Origin: Candidatus Wolframiiraptor sinensis
GTDB lineage: Archaea; Thermoproteota; Nitrososphaeria_A; Caldarchaeales; Wolframiiraptoraceae
Length of the DNA stretch: 45,845 nucleotides
Assembly (NCBI GenBank): GCA_023261815.1
Contig: JALNKA010000006.1
Location: 1 to 45,845 of the forward strand
Direction: 5' to 3'
The notes below the pieces were generated by a model. The model saw nothing but the letters and a program-made list of their open reading frames with translations. It was not told the DNA's origin and searched no databases. Below are positions 8,311-18,883 of this stretch, in pieces; the first letter of the stretch is position 1, and each line of letters opens with the position of its first letter. A program made the translations under genes and the position numbers.

Positions 8311-9711
8311 TCACCTCCTCCTCTTTCTTCTTCCTTTCAGGTAGATTATGGCTATGATTATTGGGATGAATAGTAGGAGTGAGCTTGCTAGGGCGTAGAT
8401 ATCCGCTGGGGTTACTGCGTGCGTTTGGCTTGTTCGCGTCGTCTGCCAGCTCGTCTCGGTCTCCACCCTCTCCGCCTCGATCATCACCTTCTCGCTTCTC
8501 GCTAGGTTACCGTATGGATCTACCACGGCCGCGTATACCTCTGCCCTCATCCCATGATCTACCGTGAATTCCAGCGCGTAGCGGCCATCCTCCTGATTCA
8601 TTTCGTATGTTCTATTCTGCCTCGCTCCTATGAGATCCGGGTAGTAGGCGATTAGGTAGGCTTTGAGGGGTTCTCCATCCGGGTCGCTCGCCTCCAAATA
8701 TGCTCTGAAGACTTCTCCCCCAGCTTTCTCGACCTTGAATGCCGTTATCTTTGGAGGCCTTGAGAGCGGCGCATAGCCTATCCTGCCCTTCGAGGGCTCC
8801 GTGAACCAGATTCTATCCCCTGCGAGGGCTGAGCCTCCTATGCCGGCCATGGTCTTAAACTCGGTTATCCTGTCTCCCTCGATCTCCCCTATGATCCACC
8901 TGGAGGGCGCCACGTAGATTATTCTTCCATCGGCTAGCTGGTAGAGCTGAGCTTCGGTTATGAAGTCTCCGCCGAGGCTCCAGGTCTTCTGAATTCTGAG
9001 GTTGCTCGAGATTTTCAGGATCTTATTGCCGCTTGTTGCTATGAGCGCTCCATCGCTGATGGCTTTTACCGCTATGGCCTGCTCGTCCAGCTCCAGAGCG
9101 CTCTTGCTCCCGGATCTCAGGTCTATTCTCGTGATGCTCCTGCAGTCTTGGTTTATCACCCACAGCGCATTGTCCGAGGCCGAGATCTTCTCCCGCCCAG
9201 CGCATGCGCTGATACTCAGGGTTCGAGCGACCTCAAAGTTCGAGGAGTTAATGCCCACGATCAGGCCCAGAGATGGTATTGATGCCCAGATGACCCCACC
9301 TCCGGCCTCAAGATCCTCTACTCTCCCGGGAGTCTCCAGCCTTCTCTCACCTCGAGCTTTAATGTCATAGATTATGAGGGGGCCCTCGCGGGGGGCTATG
9401 GCCAACAGGTCTCCGAGCACCAGCATGTCGCCGGCGTCCACGCCGGATACTAGGAGCCTGGTCTCCCAGGTTTCCGGGCTAACCAAGTATATGGCCCTCT
9501 GCGCGGCGTCCTGGATTACGAGCCAGCCCTCATACCCTGCTATCAGCTCAGGATAATCTATGGGTATTCTTTGAGGCGGGTAAATGGGCCTTGATAGCGC
9601 GCTTATCGGCTCGAGGAAGACCGAAATCCAGAGGAGGATAATGATGAGGACGATGCGCAATGTGGGGCTCCAGCGCCGCATGCTCGTCATCCATGAATTC
9701 CGGCGCCTCAA
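8311..9711 (-). CDS. Secreted, C-terminally anchored beta-propeller-like surface protein
   Basis: N-terminal hydrophobic signal; Vgb/NHL-like blades (LWVI, IWFTEPSKGRIG); SDPDG motif; Thr-rich linker; C-terminal TM plus basic tail. Confidence 0.75.
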   Translation of the reverse strand: MRRRNSWMTSMRRWSPTLRIVLIIILLWISVFLEPISALSRPIYPPQRIPIDYPELIAGYEGWLVIQDAAQRAIYLVSPETWETRLLVSGVDAGDMLVLGDLLAIAPREGPLIIYDIKARGERRLETPGRVEDLEAGGGVIWASIPSLGLIVGINSSNFEVARTLSISACAGREKISASDNALWVINQDCRSITRIDLRSGSKSALELDEQAIAVKAISDGALIATSGNKILKISSNLRIQKTWSLGGDFITEAQLYQLADGRIIYVAPSRWIIGEIEGDRITEFKTMAGIGGSALAGDRIWFTEPSKGRIGYAPLSRPPKITAFKVEKAGGEVFRAYLEASDPDGEPLKAYLIAYYPDLIGARQNRTYEMNQEDGRYALEFTVDHGMRAEVYAAVVDPYGNLARSEKVMIEAERVETETSWQTTRTSQTHAVTPADIYALASSLLLFIPIIIAIIYLKGRRKRRR

Positions 9712-9911
9712 TATTAAGGGAGAGGTGACGCTCCGTTTTTCATATATTGGAATAAGCCCTTTTTCGGGGCTTTGAGCGCATCTCCGGGTATTACGGTTTT
9801 TACGCCGATTCTAGCGGGCTGAGCCCAAGGTTCTAGAGTTTAGAATCTGATCTAGAATAGTAGGGTCTTTATAGCCACTCGGATGACTCCCTCCCGCAAG
9901 TTTGGAGGTGT

Positions 9912-12900
9912 ATGGGAAAAATGAGTAATAAAATCGGTAGATACAGCATCTCGCTAGTGCTCGCAGTGCTTCTAATAGCCGCAACAGCCGCAGTCGCCAT
10001 AAGCGTAATACCATCACCATCAACAGCCCAAGCAAAATACGAGATATGGATGAAGCTGGTAACAACACAGTGGAAGGGTGATACTACTAATCCGGTGTTC
10101 CCAGATCCCGCGAACACTACTCTGCCCGGGAGATATAATCTGACGGATAGATGGTATTTTGTCGAGGTCTTCCACCAGAGAGGAGCACCCTACAATGATG
10201 TGCTGTATGGTGGGATCTTCAGGCCGAATGGAACGGGCTTCGTGAAAGTATCATGGCCGAAGACCTGGGATAACGCCACAATAGTCGTCAAGGCGAAAAC
10301 CTATGACGGCACAGAGCTCGGGAGAGGAAGCCTAGGAGAGGGAATAATAGTCTACGCATTATATGTAAACATAAAAGGTAATAACACTACGGGGCTCAAC
10401 TACACCGGTAATGACCTTGATATGGCTGCATGGGTTGCCAATTTTAGCAAGCCCGAGAACGCCCTCCTCGCCAAGGCTGCTGTAGCCTTCAAGAGGTTCC
10501 ACGTCCACACATGGTATGATTTGAAGGATAATCTGAGCTATGCCCAGGTCAAGATCTACGATATCAACCACACGGCCGCCTCTGACAGCAAGTCCCTCCT
10601 AAGAGCCTTCATCACAAAGGGTGATGGCTCGGGCAACAGCCTATACGACCCGGCGGCAACAGGAGAGCTCTACCCAGCAGACTCCAAGACAATAAAGGAC
10701 AACGAATGGGTCCCAATACCGCTCCAAGTAATGCGCCTAAACAGGACAGACCCATATTACACTGTGCCGCTAGCTAACCTCGGTAGACAGCCAAACCTTA
10801 ATGCAACCGTCAGAGTCTGGTGGGAGACAGTCCTCGTAAACACGACCTTATTCATTAGACCTGAAGGGAGAAATGATCTGCCAGGCCCATTCAACATAAC
10901 AGCCGGAACATTCAACCTGAACTCCACAGTCTTCTACTTCAGATGCGCGGTAAGGGACAGCGACCCGCAGGTCAACGGAATAGTATACCCGAATAATGTT
11001 GATGTTAAGTCGGCGCTATTCTACGCGAGCTGCAAGGTCAACCTGAGGGATAGGAATGGCGCTCCATACCACTTCATGCACGAGCTAGGAAAGACCAATG
11101 AACTCTATAATAATAGTTATGCGGCCTCGACAAATCCGCATGCATGGCCGGGCTACTTAAGCGAGTACCGCAACTATTTGAGGGTGCCGAACGCCACGAT
11201 GTGGTGGGATCTCTTCCTAAAGTTCAAGGAAATAGCCATAGTTGATGGGGCGGGCAGGGTCTACAACGCGAGCGCCGAGGTATACGTATCCAAATACTAC
11301 ACCGGAACAGATGACCTGAGATATGATGACCCGAGGCGCATAGCCCTCAACGACTACCTATACACCATGACCGTCAGCGATGATCCCGGGCCATACAGGG
11401 GCTTCAGAATGGAGGTCCAGTATGCTGGAGGATTCCGCAACGCATACGGCGGACGCGAAATCTCCGTGAACGTGACGCTGGTCAATAGCCCATACGATTA
11501 TTCGCTCAGGAAGCCCAACTGGATAACTAACCGCGTGAACGGCACGATATTCGTCACGGCGAGGGTCGCCGACATAGTCTTCATAATAACGGATCAGGAG
11601 GGCAACATCCTACACCCCGACTTCACAGAAGCCTATCTGCTCAGGGACAACGGCCCACCGGTAAAGCTTGCATTCTTCCAATACGTATCAACCGATAATA
11701 ATGACAAGCATATATATGAATACTACGGGCGTGTCTCATGGCCGTTCCTCTACCGGGTATTAATTGACTCCGCGCTCGTAGGGTTCCCGAGCGTGCCGCC
11801 GAAATTCATAGCCGTCGCATATCAGGTTCCGATGGAGCTAATGTACGGCATCGTCGTCAACTACCAGGGCGTGAGAATTTACACTGACACCGCGGCGGTC
11901 CCGAAGCTCGTGAGATCGGAGGCAGTGACGGTTAACGCGACGATATTCAGGGTCAAGCTCCTCTTCGTGGACTGCAGAGATAGGCCGCTCACGGACACGC
12001 CGGTCTGGGTCTACGATCCGACGCTCCAGATGGAGGTCAAGCTACTGACGGGCCCAGATGGCGGAATAGACTTCGTTATGCCGAATCAGACCCTCAGATT
12101 CACAAGGCTATACTGGAAGGGTGTTGACGTGAGATTCGTCAACTACAAGCTGCCTGATGGAACGGTCATCAGCGCTGCCGCGAACGGAAGCGTGACTATA
12201 GCCGTTGACAGGAGCTTTAGGGAGCCGATAAAGATCACGGCCATGATCGATGACATAATCTTCAGGACGACGGACTTCGCGGGCATAACCGGAATACCAG
12301 ACCTCAACATAACAATCTCCTGGGTAGGATATAACATAACGAGACCTGGAGAGCCATGGTACTTCCTACAGACGATGGATCCAGGCCCATATGCCGTGAT
12401 CGATAATGAGCTCGCGGTCAGGCTCGGCCTGCCCGACGACTTCGACACCGGTAGAAATGACTATAACACGAGCGTGAGGGTCGCCCAGTTCTTCAGCTAC
12501 GTCATCTTCCACCGCGGCGACACCAACGAGTACATCTTCTACCAGATGCCGGCCACGACATACAACATAACGGTGACGACCGTCGTCAGCAAGGAGTACA
12601 CGTACAGGACTCCTGGAGAGAAGTACTGGCCAGGAAGAGATGTGGCGGTGCCATATGAGTCTGTGATAAGCTGGAGCCCCGGCAGCGAGTCCATGCTACC
12701 AGAGGAGGTTCACGAGCCGGCTACTATTAACAGCAGGGTCGTCCTCAGGCTATTCAACTACCCGATAGTCTACACGGCCTGCGGAGCGACGGCGATCCAG
12801 CTCAGAACATGGGCCCTAACATGGAACCTCGACATGGTTGATGGCGGCCTGAGGATCGGAGACGCCAGCTTCGACGTAGTCAACGACAACGGTAGATCAA

Positions 12901-15900
12901 TCCGTGAGATAACCGGATACTACAACGTCTCGAAGTGGGATGACGTCCTACGCTACAGGACTGTTGTATACGCGGCGGAGAAATGGAAGCCGTACTCGTT
13001 CATATGGTGGAACGGTAGCTATATGCTGAGGGATCTCAGCCTAGAGACGAACCTCACCTTCACCGTGAACATGTTCTACAACGAGTCCGCACTGCCGAAC
13101 AAGGTCTGGCCGGTGCTGAACTTCACGCTCCAGCCCAGCGAGGAGCTCTTCAGGGGAACAGCGGTCTACGCGAACTGGACGGAGATACAGAAGAACTTCG
13201 AGGTCAAGAGGCCAGCCCTCAGAAACAAGGTCATAATCTACGATGGCGAGACCCTGATCGCGCCCCTGCCAGTAACATTCATCAAGCCTAGAGCAGTAGC
13301 AAAGGGCGGAGAACCGCTCGCAAACGCCAGAATAGAACTATGGATACTAGACCTAGACGTAAACGAGACCCGCGCGGTCAAGATATCGGCCGCGGACAGC
13401 GGTAATGGAACGCTACTACTACCTAACAAGCCCGACGCCGGTAATATTAGCATCTCATGGAGGTGGGAGATGAAGTGGGTTGAGAGCGCCACGCCGCAGG
13501 TATTCGAGAGAGTCAGGTGGGACAGGATCACAATAACGTGCCCCGACGGACGTGAATACTACTTGCAGGTGCCTCCGAGCCCCGCCAAGCTCCTGATCAG
13601 GAACTTCTGCGGCAAAGGTGTAGCGGTTGCCATCAGCTCTGACTACATCTACCCGGTGGTGCAGGAGGTCAAGTTCGCGAACTTCACGACGAATGAGCAG
13701 GGAGAGATAGACAGCTTCACGCTACCAGCATACAGCGGATACCTCATGGTGCCGACAAGCGGATACCTCAACGCGACAATGGGCGTTAAAGCAAGGAATA
13801 TTACCGAGGAGTTCCACTACAGGTTCAACGTCATCTGGAGGGATGCGGTCGTATACAGTGACAACTTCGTCTTGACCAAGGAGCCCGTGACCTTCGGAGC
13901 ATCCGAGGTCTATAGCGGGAGATTCATGTTCACACTCAGCAACGCCACCGACCCGGCCTACGCCGTGAGAGGCCTCAACCTGACAATATTCTACCCGAAC
14001 GTCACGACATACGACTGGGCTGCCAACAAATTCGAGAACATCACCATAATCAGCGGGGTTGACGCGGATGGAGTGGTCGAGTTCACGCTACTGCCAGGCC
14101 CGAGATTCATGAACACGACCTACAAGTACTTCTTCGCCGCCAACCACAGCGCAATAGGCTGGCTCGAGAACCTCGTGGCCACCCAGCTGGTCCTGAACAA
14201 CGAGACATTCGGAGACGGCCCGCTCAAAGCCGTGACGAGGACTAGGATAGACGTGCCGATAATGCTCAACGCCGCCAGGGAAGTGATGTTCATAGCCCTC
14301 GCATGGAGAGATGAGGCAGGAATAGCCACAGCATACCCGATACCCAACTACAGGATCAGATACGCTATAAGGAACCTCGACGCCGGCATAGTTGCAGCAG
14401 AGGGAGAAGCAACGACAACGGCCGATGGAGTGGTCAGGGTCGAGAGCGGAAGAGATCCGACAAGGGTCTTCTGGGCCGGAATGACGATCAGGTACAGGGT
14501 CGAGCCGCCAGACCCGACGATGACCCACGCCTTCTACCCAGACGAGGAGCCAACCCACTGGGCAATATCCAGAATCAACGGAACGTCCATAAACCCGATC
14601 ACCGGCAGGTGCAGCGGAATCTGCGTCCTCAATGCTAGGTGCAAGCCATACTTGATAACGATCGACTACACGGCGATAACAGTCAGGGTAACCGACGTAA
14701 ACGGCAGGCCTGTAGTCGGAGCCAGGGTCGACCTAATAGACAAGGCTACGATGAAGCTGGCATCATGGTCCGTCACAGTTGATAGATCCTGGGAGGCCAG
14801 GCCAATAGAGTGGGTCGCCCTAAGAGACAAGCACGCCATCGAGTACCAGACCAGGGCCAGGGTCATCGGAGGAGCAGGCTCCACAAGGCTCATGAACGTC
14901 AGCATAGGGCCGGTCGCATACGACGCCACCGATGACGACGTTATAGATTACAGCATTCCAAGCAGGGGAATAAGCGAGTTCATAACATACATAGTCAGGG
15001 TCTACTACTCGCCGCCTGGAGAGGTCAAGGACGGCCTACTATACCAGAAGGCCGAGGGCAGAAGAGCCAAGGTCTATGACAGCACCGAGGATGAGATAAC
15101 TTGGAAGACGATGCAGCCGAGATACATGTCCGGCGCGAGAATATGGACGCCGCTGCCAACTCAGACCGAGCCAGGAGCCTTGCCGAAGGAGCACGTTGAC
15201 GTCTCGGCCAAGATAATGGATATAAGCTTCAAGTTCGGATACGCCGGCAAGGAGCTGCCTGAGAAAGTGGCCAGGGATGTGACGGCGACACTTGAAGGCC
15301 AGGGAGTAAAGATAACCACGACGGGAGCAGGGCTCAATGCGGTCGGACTCATACCTGGAACCTACACGCTCGAGGTGAAGGCTAAGGGCATAACAGTTGG
15401 AAGGGAGTCAATACAGCTGACCAACACGAACGTCGATAGAATGGTATCGCTGGCATTGAAGGATGTGATTGTCGAGGCGGTCGACCTCCTAGGAAGGCCC
15501 GTAACCGGATTCGCCGTATCGGTTGAGGGACCATACTACGCCGAGATAACGACGCCGAAGGACAACAAGGCCACGATCGTGGCCGCGGTCGCCCATGAAT
15601 TCTACACGATAACGGCATCGGTCGAGAGATATGGCGTCAGGACCGCATCCACCTACATGGGAGTGCCCGAGGACAGGATCAGGCTAATGCTGCCGATAGG
15701 CGATGTCAAGATAACGGTCGTAGACGTATACGGCAACCCGGTTGGAGCCGCGACGGTTAAGCTGGGGACAGTCGAGACCAAGACTGACGCGCAGGGTACA
15801 GCGATCTTCTCAGGAGTGCCGCTTGAGACCGAAGTAGGAGCGCCGGTCAGATATGACGTAGTCGTCGAGAGGGAGACGACCGTCCGAACAACCATCACGA

Positions 15901-16361
15901 CCAGCAGAACGACCACCGAGTTCAGGATATTATTCGGCCTAGGAGACATCAAGGTGATCGTCAGGGGAGCTGCAGGGCAACCGCTCGCCGGAGCCAGGGT
16001 TGACGTGCTCAAAGCTGGAGCCCTAGTAGGAACAGCGGTAACAGATGATAAGGGCGAGGCGGTATTCAGAGGCCTACCAGAGGGCACATACACAGTGAGG
16101 GTCGACTGGAAGACGTTCAAGGACGAGAAGACCGTGACCCTGAGCGAGGCTGAAATAATGGCTAAGGTGCCCAAGACCGTGGAGTTCGCCTTACCGCCAT
16201 TCACCGAGATAGCCGGAGTACCGCTGGACTTCGGAACATTCGTCGCGCTGATCGTCGGCATCATACTGCTGGTGATAGTCCTGGCGATAATCATCAGCGA
16301 GTACGTCCGCTGGCGCGGCCGCAGGCTCGGCATCTACCCGCCACCACCGCCGAAAAAGTAA
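9912..16361 (+). CDS. Very large secreted glycoprotein, probable S-layer/cell-surface protein with C-terminal carboxypeptidase-regulatory-like (Ig-fold) repeats and TM anchor
   Basis: 2149 aa; signal peptide; many N-x-S/T sequons; repeated VxVxDxxGxPV/LxGAxV motifs; C-terminal TM followed by RWRGRRLGIYPPPPPKK. Confidence 0.8.
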   Translation: MGKMSNKIGRYSISLVLAVLLIAATAAVAISVIPSPSTAQAKYEIWMKLVTTQWKGDTTNPVFPDPANTTLPGRYNLTDRWYFVEVFHQRGAPYNDVLYGGIFRPNGTGFVKVSWPKTWDNATIVVKAKTYDGTELGRGSLGEGIIVYALYVNIKGNNTTGLNYTGNDLDMAAWVANFSKPENALLAKAAVAFKRFHVHTWYDLKDNLSYAQVKIYDINHTAASDSKSLLRAFITKGDGSGNSLYDPAATGELYPADSKTIKDNEWVPIPLQVMRLNRTDPYYTVPLANLGRQPNLNATVRVWWETVLVNTTLFIRPEGRNDLPGPFNITAGTFNLNSTVFYFRCAVRDSDPQVNGIVYPNNVDVKSALFYASCKVNLRDRNGAPYHFMHELGKTNELYNNSYAASTNPHAWPGYLSEYRNYLRVPNATMWWDLFLKFKEIAIVDGAGRVYNASAEVYVSKYYTGTDDLRYDDPRRIALNDYLYTMTVSDDPGPYRGFRMEVQYAGGFRNAYGGREISVNVTLVNSPYDYSLRKPNWITNRVNGTIFVTARVADIVFIITDQEGNILHPDFTEAYLLRDNGPPVKLAFFQYVSTDNNDKHIYEYYGRVSWPFLYRVLIDSALVGFPSVPPKFIAVAYQVPMELMYGIVVNYQGVRIYTDTAAVPKLVRSEAVTVNATIFRVKLLFVDCRDRPLTDTPVWVYDPTLQMEVKLLTGPDGGIDFVMPNQTLRFTRLYWKGVDVRFVNYKLPDGTVISAAANGSVTIAVDRSFREPIKITAMIDDIIFRTTDFAGITGIPDLNITISWVGYNITRPGEPWYFLQTMDPGPYAVIDNELAVRLGLPDDFDTGRNDYNTSVRVAQFFSYVIFHRGDTNEYIFYQMPATTYNITVTTVVSKEYTYRTPGEKYWPGRDVAVPYESVISWSPGSESMLPEEVHEPATINSRVVLRLFNYPIVYTACGATAIQLRTWALTWNLDMVDGGLRIGDASFDVVNDNGRSIREITGYYNVSKWDDVLRYRTVVYAAEKWKPYSFIWWNGSYMLRDLSLETNLTFTVNMFYNESALPNKVWPVLNFTLQPSEELFRGTAVYANWTEIQKNFEVKRPALRNKVIIYDGETLIAPLPVTFIKPRAVAKGGEPLANARIELWILDLDVNETRAVKISAADSGNGTLLLPNKPDAGNISISWRWEMKWVESATPQVFERVRWDRITITCPDGREYYLQVPPSPAKLLIRNFCGKGVAVAISSDYIYPVVQEVKFANFTTNEQGEIDSFTLPAYSGYLMVPTSGYLNATMGVKARNITEEFHYRFNVIWRDAVVYSDNFVLTKEPVTFGASEVYSGRFMFTLSNATDPAYAVRGLNLTIFYPNVTTYDWAANKFENITIISGVDADGVVEFTLLPGPRFMNTTYKYFFAANHSAIGWLENLVATQLVLNNETFGDGPLKAVTRTRIDVPIMLNAAREVMFIALAWRDEAGIATAYPIPNYRIRYAIRNLDAGIVAAEGEATTTADGVVRVESGRDPTRVFWAGMTIRYRVEPPDPTMTHAFYPDEEPTHWAISRINGTSINPITGRCSGICVLNARCKPYLITIDYTAITVRVTDVNGRPVVGARVDLIDKATMKLASWSVTVDRSWEARPIEWVALRDKHAIEYQTRARVIGGAGSTRLMNVSIGPVAYDATDDDVIDYSIPSRGISEFITYIVRVYYSPPGEVKDGLLYQKAEGRRAKVYDSTEDEITWKTMQPRYMSGARIWTPLPTQTEPGALPKEHVDVSAKIMDISFKFGYAGKELPEKVARDVTATLEGQGVKITTTGAGLNAVGLIPGTYTLEVKAKGITVGRESIQLTNTNVDRMVSLALKDVIVEAVDLLGRPVTGFAVSVEGPYYAEITTPKDNKATIVAAVAHEFYTITASVERYGVRTASTYMGVPEDRIRLMLPIGDVKITVVDVYGNPVGAATVKLGTVETKTDAQGTAIFSGVPLETEVGAPVRYDVVVERETTVRTTITTSRTTTEFRILFGLGDIKVIVRGAAGQPLAGARVDVLKAGALVGTAVTDDKGEAVFRGLPEGTYTVRVDWKTFKDEKTVTLSEAEIMAKVPKTVEFALPPFTEIAGVPLDFGTFVALIVGIILLVIVLAIIISEYVRWRGRRLGIYPPPPPKK

Positions 16362-16405
16362 AACCCAATATCTTCCCCCACTTTTTTAAACCCCCAAATT
16401 TTTTG
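16362..16405 (+). terminator. Archaeal pyrimidine/T-rich terminator
   Basis: ctttttt and ttttttg tracts directly after the stop of the large surface gene. Confidence 0.55.
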
Positions 16406-16494
16406 TAAAAATCGCCGGAGAGATAATCATATCGCCCGAGATAGCATTCTCTGGAGCAAAACCCTAATACACTAGATCCTCGAGCATATCGGGG

Positions 16495-17553
16495 ATGAGG
16501 CTGAGACGGGCTGCAATGTTGATCATGATGCTCGCGATTCTCGTGGCAATGGCCCAGGCTGCCCTTTGCCAGGAGCCGGGCGAGAGCTTCGAGACCGCTC
16601 CCGCGATCAAGCTCGTGACCGGTGAGATAACTCTACCCGAATCCGGGTACTACATCCTCAACTCGAGCAGGAGTCAGCATATCTATAGGCTCGACGGTCT
16701 CCAGGGCGGCTACAGGCTAACGATAATCCTGGAGTTCGCGGGGATCGAGCAGGGGAGGGCGGCGATATCCCTTCACAAGGAGTCCGGCGAGATCATAGCG
16801 CAGAGGAGGATCCAGTATGGTATGGGAACAAGCCAGGAGATGAGCATAGCGTATCAGCCCAGCATCGAGTCGGCGCCCCCCGGCTCCGCCCACTACCTCG
16901 CCCTAAGCTGGTACAGCGGCTCCATGAAATACCGCATCCGATTATCGCTGGAGAGCATGGAGGATTATGGGCTCGGGAAGGGTGATGCGGGATCGAGCCC
17001 GGAATCCGCCATGCAGCTGCCGGAGCTCTCGCCCGGAAAGATCCTCGAGCTGAAAGGCTACTTAGCATCGCTGGACGATGGGGGAGACATGGCCGATCGC
17101 GTGGACTACTATCTCATGGGAGCCAGGTTCAATAGCAGCAAGAGCATCCTCAGGATCAGCATAAAGCCCCTCAGCGACATGAGGGTCTCCGCATCCCTCT
17201 ACATGGATGATCACAGGGTGGCCTACGGCTCGAGCCGCGAGCCAGGCGGAGAGGTGAGCCTAGAAGTCCCCGGAGAGTGGAAGCTCGATGAGAGGTACAG
17301 CTTCACCATCAGAGTTGATAATCTCGCGGACAAGAATGGCGGGGCATACGTCATCAGAGCCTGGATCGAGGAGCAGAACGCGGCGGAGCATCAGGCGACG
17401 ATGGTCAAGCCGCCGGGAGGGCTGGACGAGCGCGTCCTGACCATGATAGTCATGGCCGGCGCCGCATCCCTGATCGCCATCTCCGTGCTCATGATATTCC
17501 TGAGGAGGAGAAGGATCTACCGCGTCGAGGAGGTCGGCTGGTGGGGATACTAG
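16495..17553 (+). CDS. Secreted membrane-anchored protein with two PPC-like beta domains
   Basis: Signal peptide; GESFETA and DAGSSPESA...DRVDYY motifs; C-terminal TM plus RRRR. Confidence 0.7.
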   Translation: MRLRRAAMLIMMLAILVAMAQAALCQEPGESFETAPAIKLVTGEITLPESGYYILNSSRSQHIYRLDGLQGGYRLTIILEFAGIEQGRAAISLHKESGEIIAQRRIQYGMGTSQEMSIAYQPSIESAPPGSAHYLALSWYSGSMKYRIRLSLESMEDYGLGKGDAGSSPESAMQLPELSPGKILELKGYLASLDDGGDMADRVDYYLMGARFNSSKSILRISIKPLSDMRVSASLYMDDHRVAYGSSREPGGEVSLEVPGEWKLDERYSFTIRVDNLADKNGGAYVIRAWIEEQNAAEHQATMVKPPGGLDERVLTMIVMAGAASLIAISVLMIFLRRRRIYRVEEVGWWGY

Positions 17554-18410
17554 TCGAGGACGAGGTTTAGGATCGCGAGCGCGTAGGCGACCGCCTCCTC
17601 AGTCCTGATAGTCCTGACACCCTGCATCGGCATGACGTTCAACACGTAGTCGAAGTGCTCCTCGAGCTTGAAGCCCTGCCTCTCCGCGATCTCGTAAAGC
17701 CCCTCCCTCGAGGCGCCGAAAGCGGCGCATACACTCCTCCCCTCCGCGCAGGCCTCCCTGAGCGCCGGTAAAATCTCCCGGACATTAACCCCCCTCCGCG
17801 AGGTCGCTACCCTCACATCATAGCCCTCCAGTATCTCGGGAAGCCGCTCATCCACGATAGCGGTCCTGAAGCCCGGGTAAACCTCCGTGCTCCTCCGCGA
17901 TCTAGCCGTTACTCCGATCCTGCCATCGCCCCGCGGCTCTATCCTCAGGACGACCCTGGAGCCCAGGGCGAGCTTCCGCCTCAGCTTTATCGGCTTCTCA
18001 AGGCCCGCCTCCACGATGGATCTAGATCCAGCAGATATGACAAGCCCCTCCCTATAATGAGGGTAGTCAAGGCTCGCGCTCTCCGGGTGAGTTGGAATAT
18101 TGAGGGGCGGCAGCAGCCCCGCGTAACGGAGCTCGGGTCTTAGCTTGAAGAGCCTCCTCCTCAGATATGGTGCGGTGTTCAGATAATCCATCACCAGCTT
18201 TATGAGCTCCGCGTTTCTCCGATCAGGCCTCTCCGGGTCCTCGTGGTATATTATCAGCGCCTCGACCCTCGCCGCCGCGAGAAATCTCGCGAGAAAGCCG
18301 AGCCTCAGCATCTTATCCCTGGGGCTCGATGCCTCCCTCGAGAAAGATGATGGTACCAGGACGTCGAGCCTAACCCTCCTCCTCGGCGCCGCGAAACCCT
18401 CCATAATCAT
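17550..18410 (-). CDS. SPOUT-family RNA methyltransferase (MTH1/DUF171 type)
   Basis: YLNTAPYLRR, LPPLNIPTH, QGVRTIRTEEA. Confidence 0.9.
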   Translation of the reverse strand: MIMEGFAAPRRRVRLDVLVPSSFSREASSPRDKMLRLGFLARFLAAARVEALIIYHEDPERPDRRNAELIKLVMDYLNTAPYLRRRLFKLRPELRYAGLLPPLNIPTHPESASLDYPHYREGLVISAGSRSIVEAGLEKPIKLRRKLALGSRVVLRIEPRGDGRIGVTARSRRSTEVYPGFRTAIVDERLPEILEGYDVRVATSRRGVNVREILPALREACAEGRSVCAAFGASREGLYEIAERQGFKLEEHFDYVLNVMPMQGVRTIRTEEAVAYALAILNLVLD

Positions 18411-18415
18411 CCTCC

Positions 18416-18847
18416 TTAAATGTCCAGGAGAACCCGGATCCTCTTCACAGGCGAATTCGCTTCAATCATCATCATGTGATAGGTGACGCCTTTAACATGA
18501 GTTCCCTGAGAATGCCTCCCGGGATCATATCTCTCGCCCCTCAGCATGGCCTTCAGCCTCCACGCATCCCCTTCCCTCCAGATCCCCTCGACCACGACAC
18601 TGCGCGCCACAAAGCCCTCCGAGTCGAAGAGTATTATCAGCTTCTCGATCCAGTCGTAGAGGAGCTCCTCGAGATCTGCTCCAGACGCCTCAACAACCCT
18701 CTCCTCAGACTCGAGGACCCCAGATGGATCCGTGAGAACCTCGTAGAATGCCAGAGCAGCCTGCCTATAAGCCTCCTCCAAGCTCGGCCCCCAAGCCTCG
18801 AGGAAGACATCACTCACGTGCTCGAGAAACCTATACCCCCCAGACAT
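18416..18847 (-). CDS. Archease
   Basis: YRFLEHVSD, LLYDWIEKLI, VKGVTYH, C-terminal LDI. Confidence 0.93.
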   Translation of the reverse strand: MSGGYRFLEHVSDVFLEAWGPSLEEAYRQAALAFYEVLTDPSGVLESEERVVEASGADLEELLYDWIEKLIILFDSEGFVARSVVVEGIWREGDAWRLKAMLRGERYDPGRHSQGTHVKGVTYHMMMIEANSPVKRIRVLLDI

Positions 18848-18870
18848 CCCGCAAACCAGATACCTCAGGA

Positions 18871-18883
18871 GAGAAACTTAAAG
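18871..18883 (-). promoter_or_regulatory. Probable TATA box of the archease gene (CTTTAAGTTTCTC); putative target half-site of element copy 1
   Basis: TTTAAG about 30 nt upstream of the archease ATG; complementary to the 9-mer at 18935-18943 with one G-T wobble. Confidence 0.6.

Noticed and set aside
15653-16333. Long antisense and alternative-frame ORFs (e.g. 15653-16333, 20054-20797, 24124-24786, 41181-41738)
   Set aside because: Shadow ORFs overlapping well-supported genes; low-complexity Ser/Pro-rich translations.
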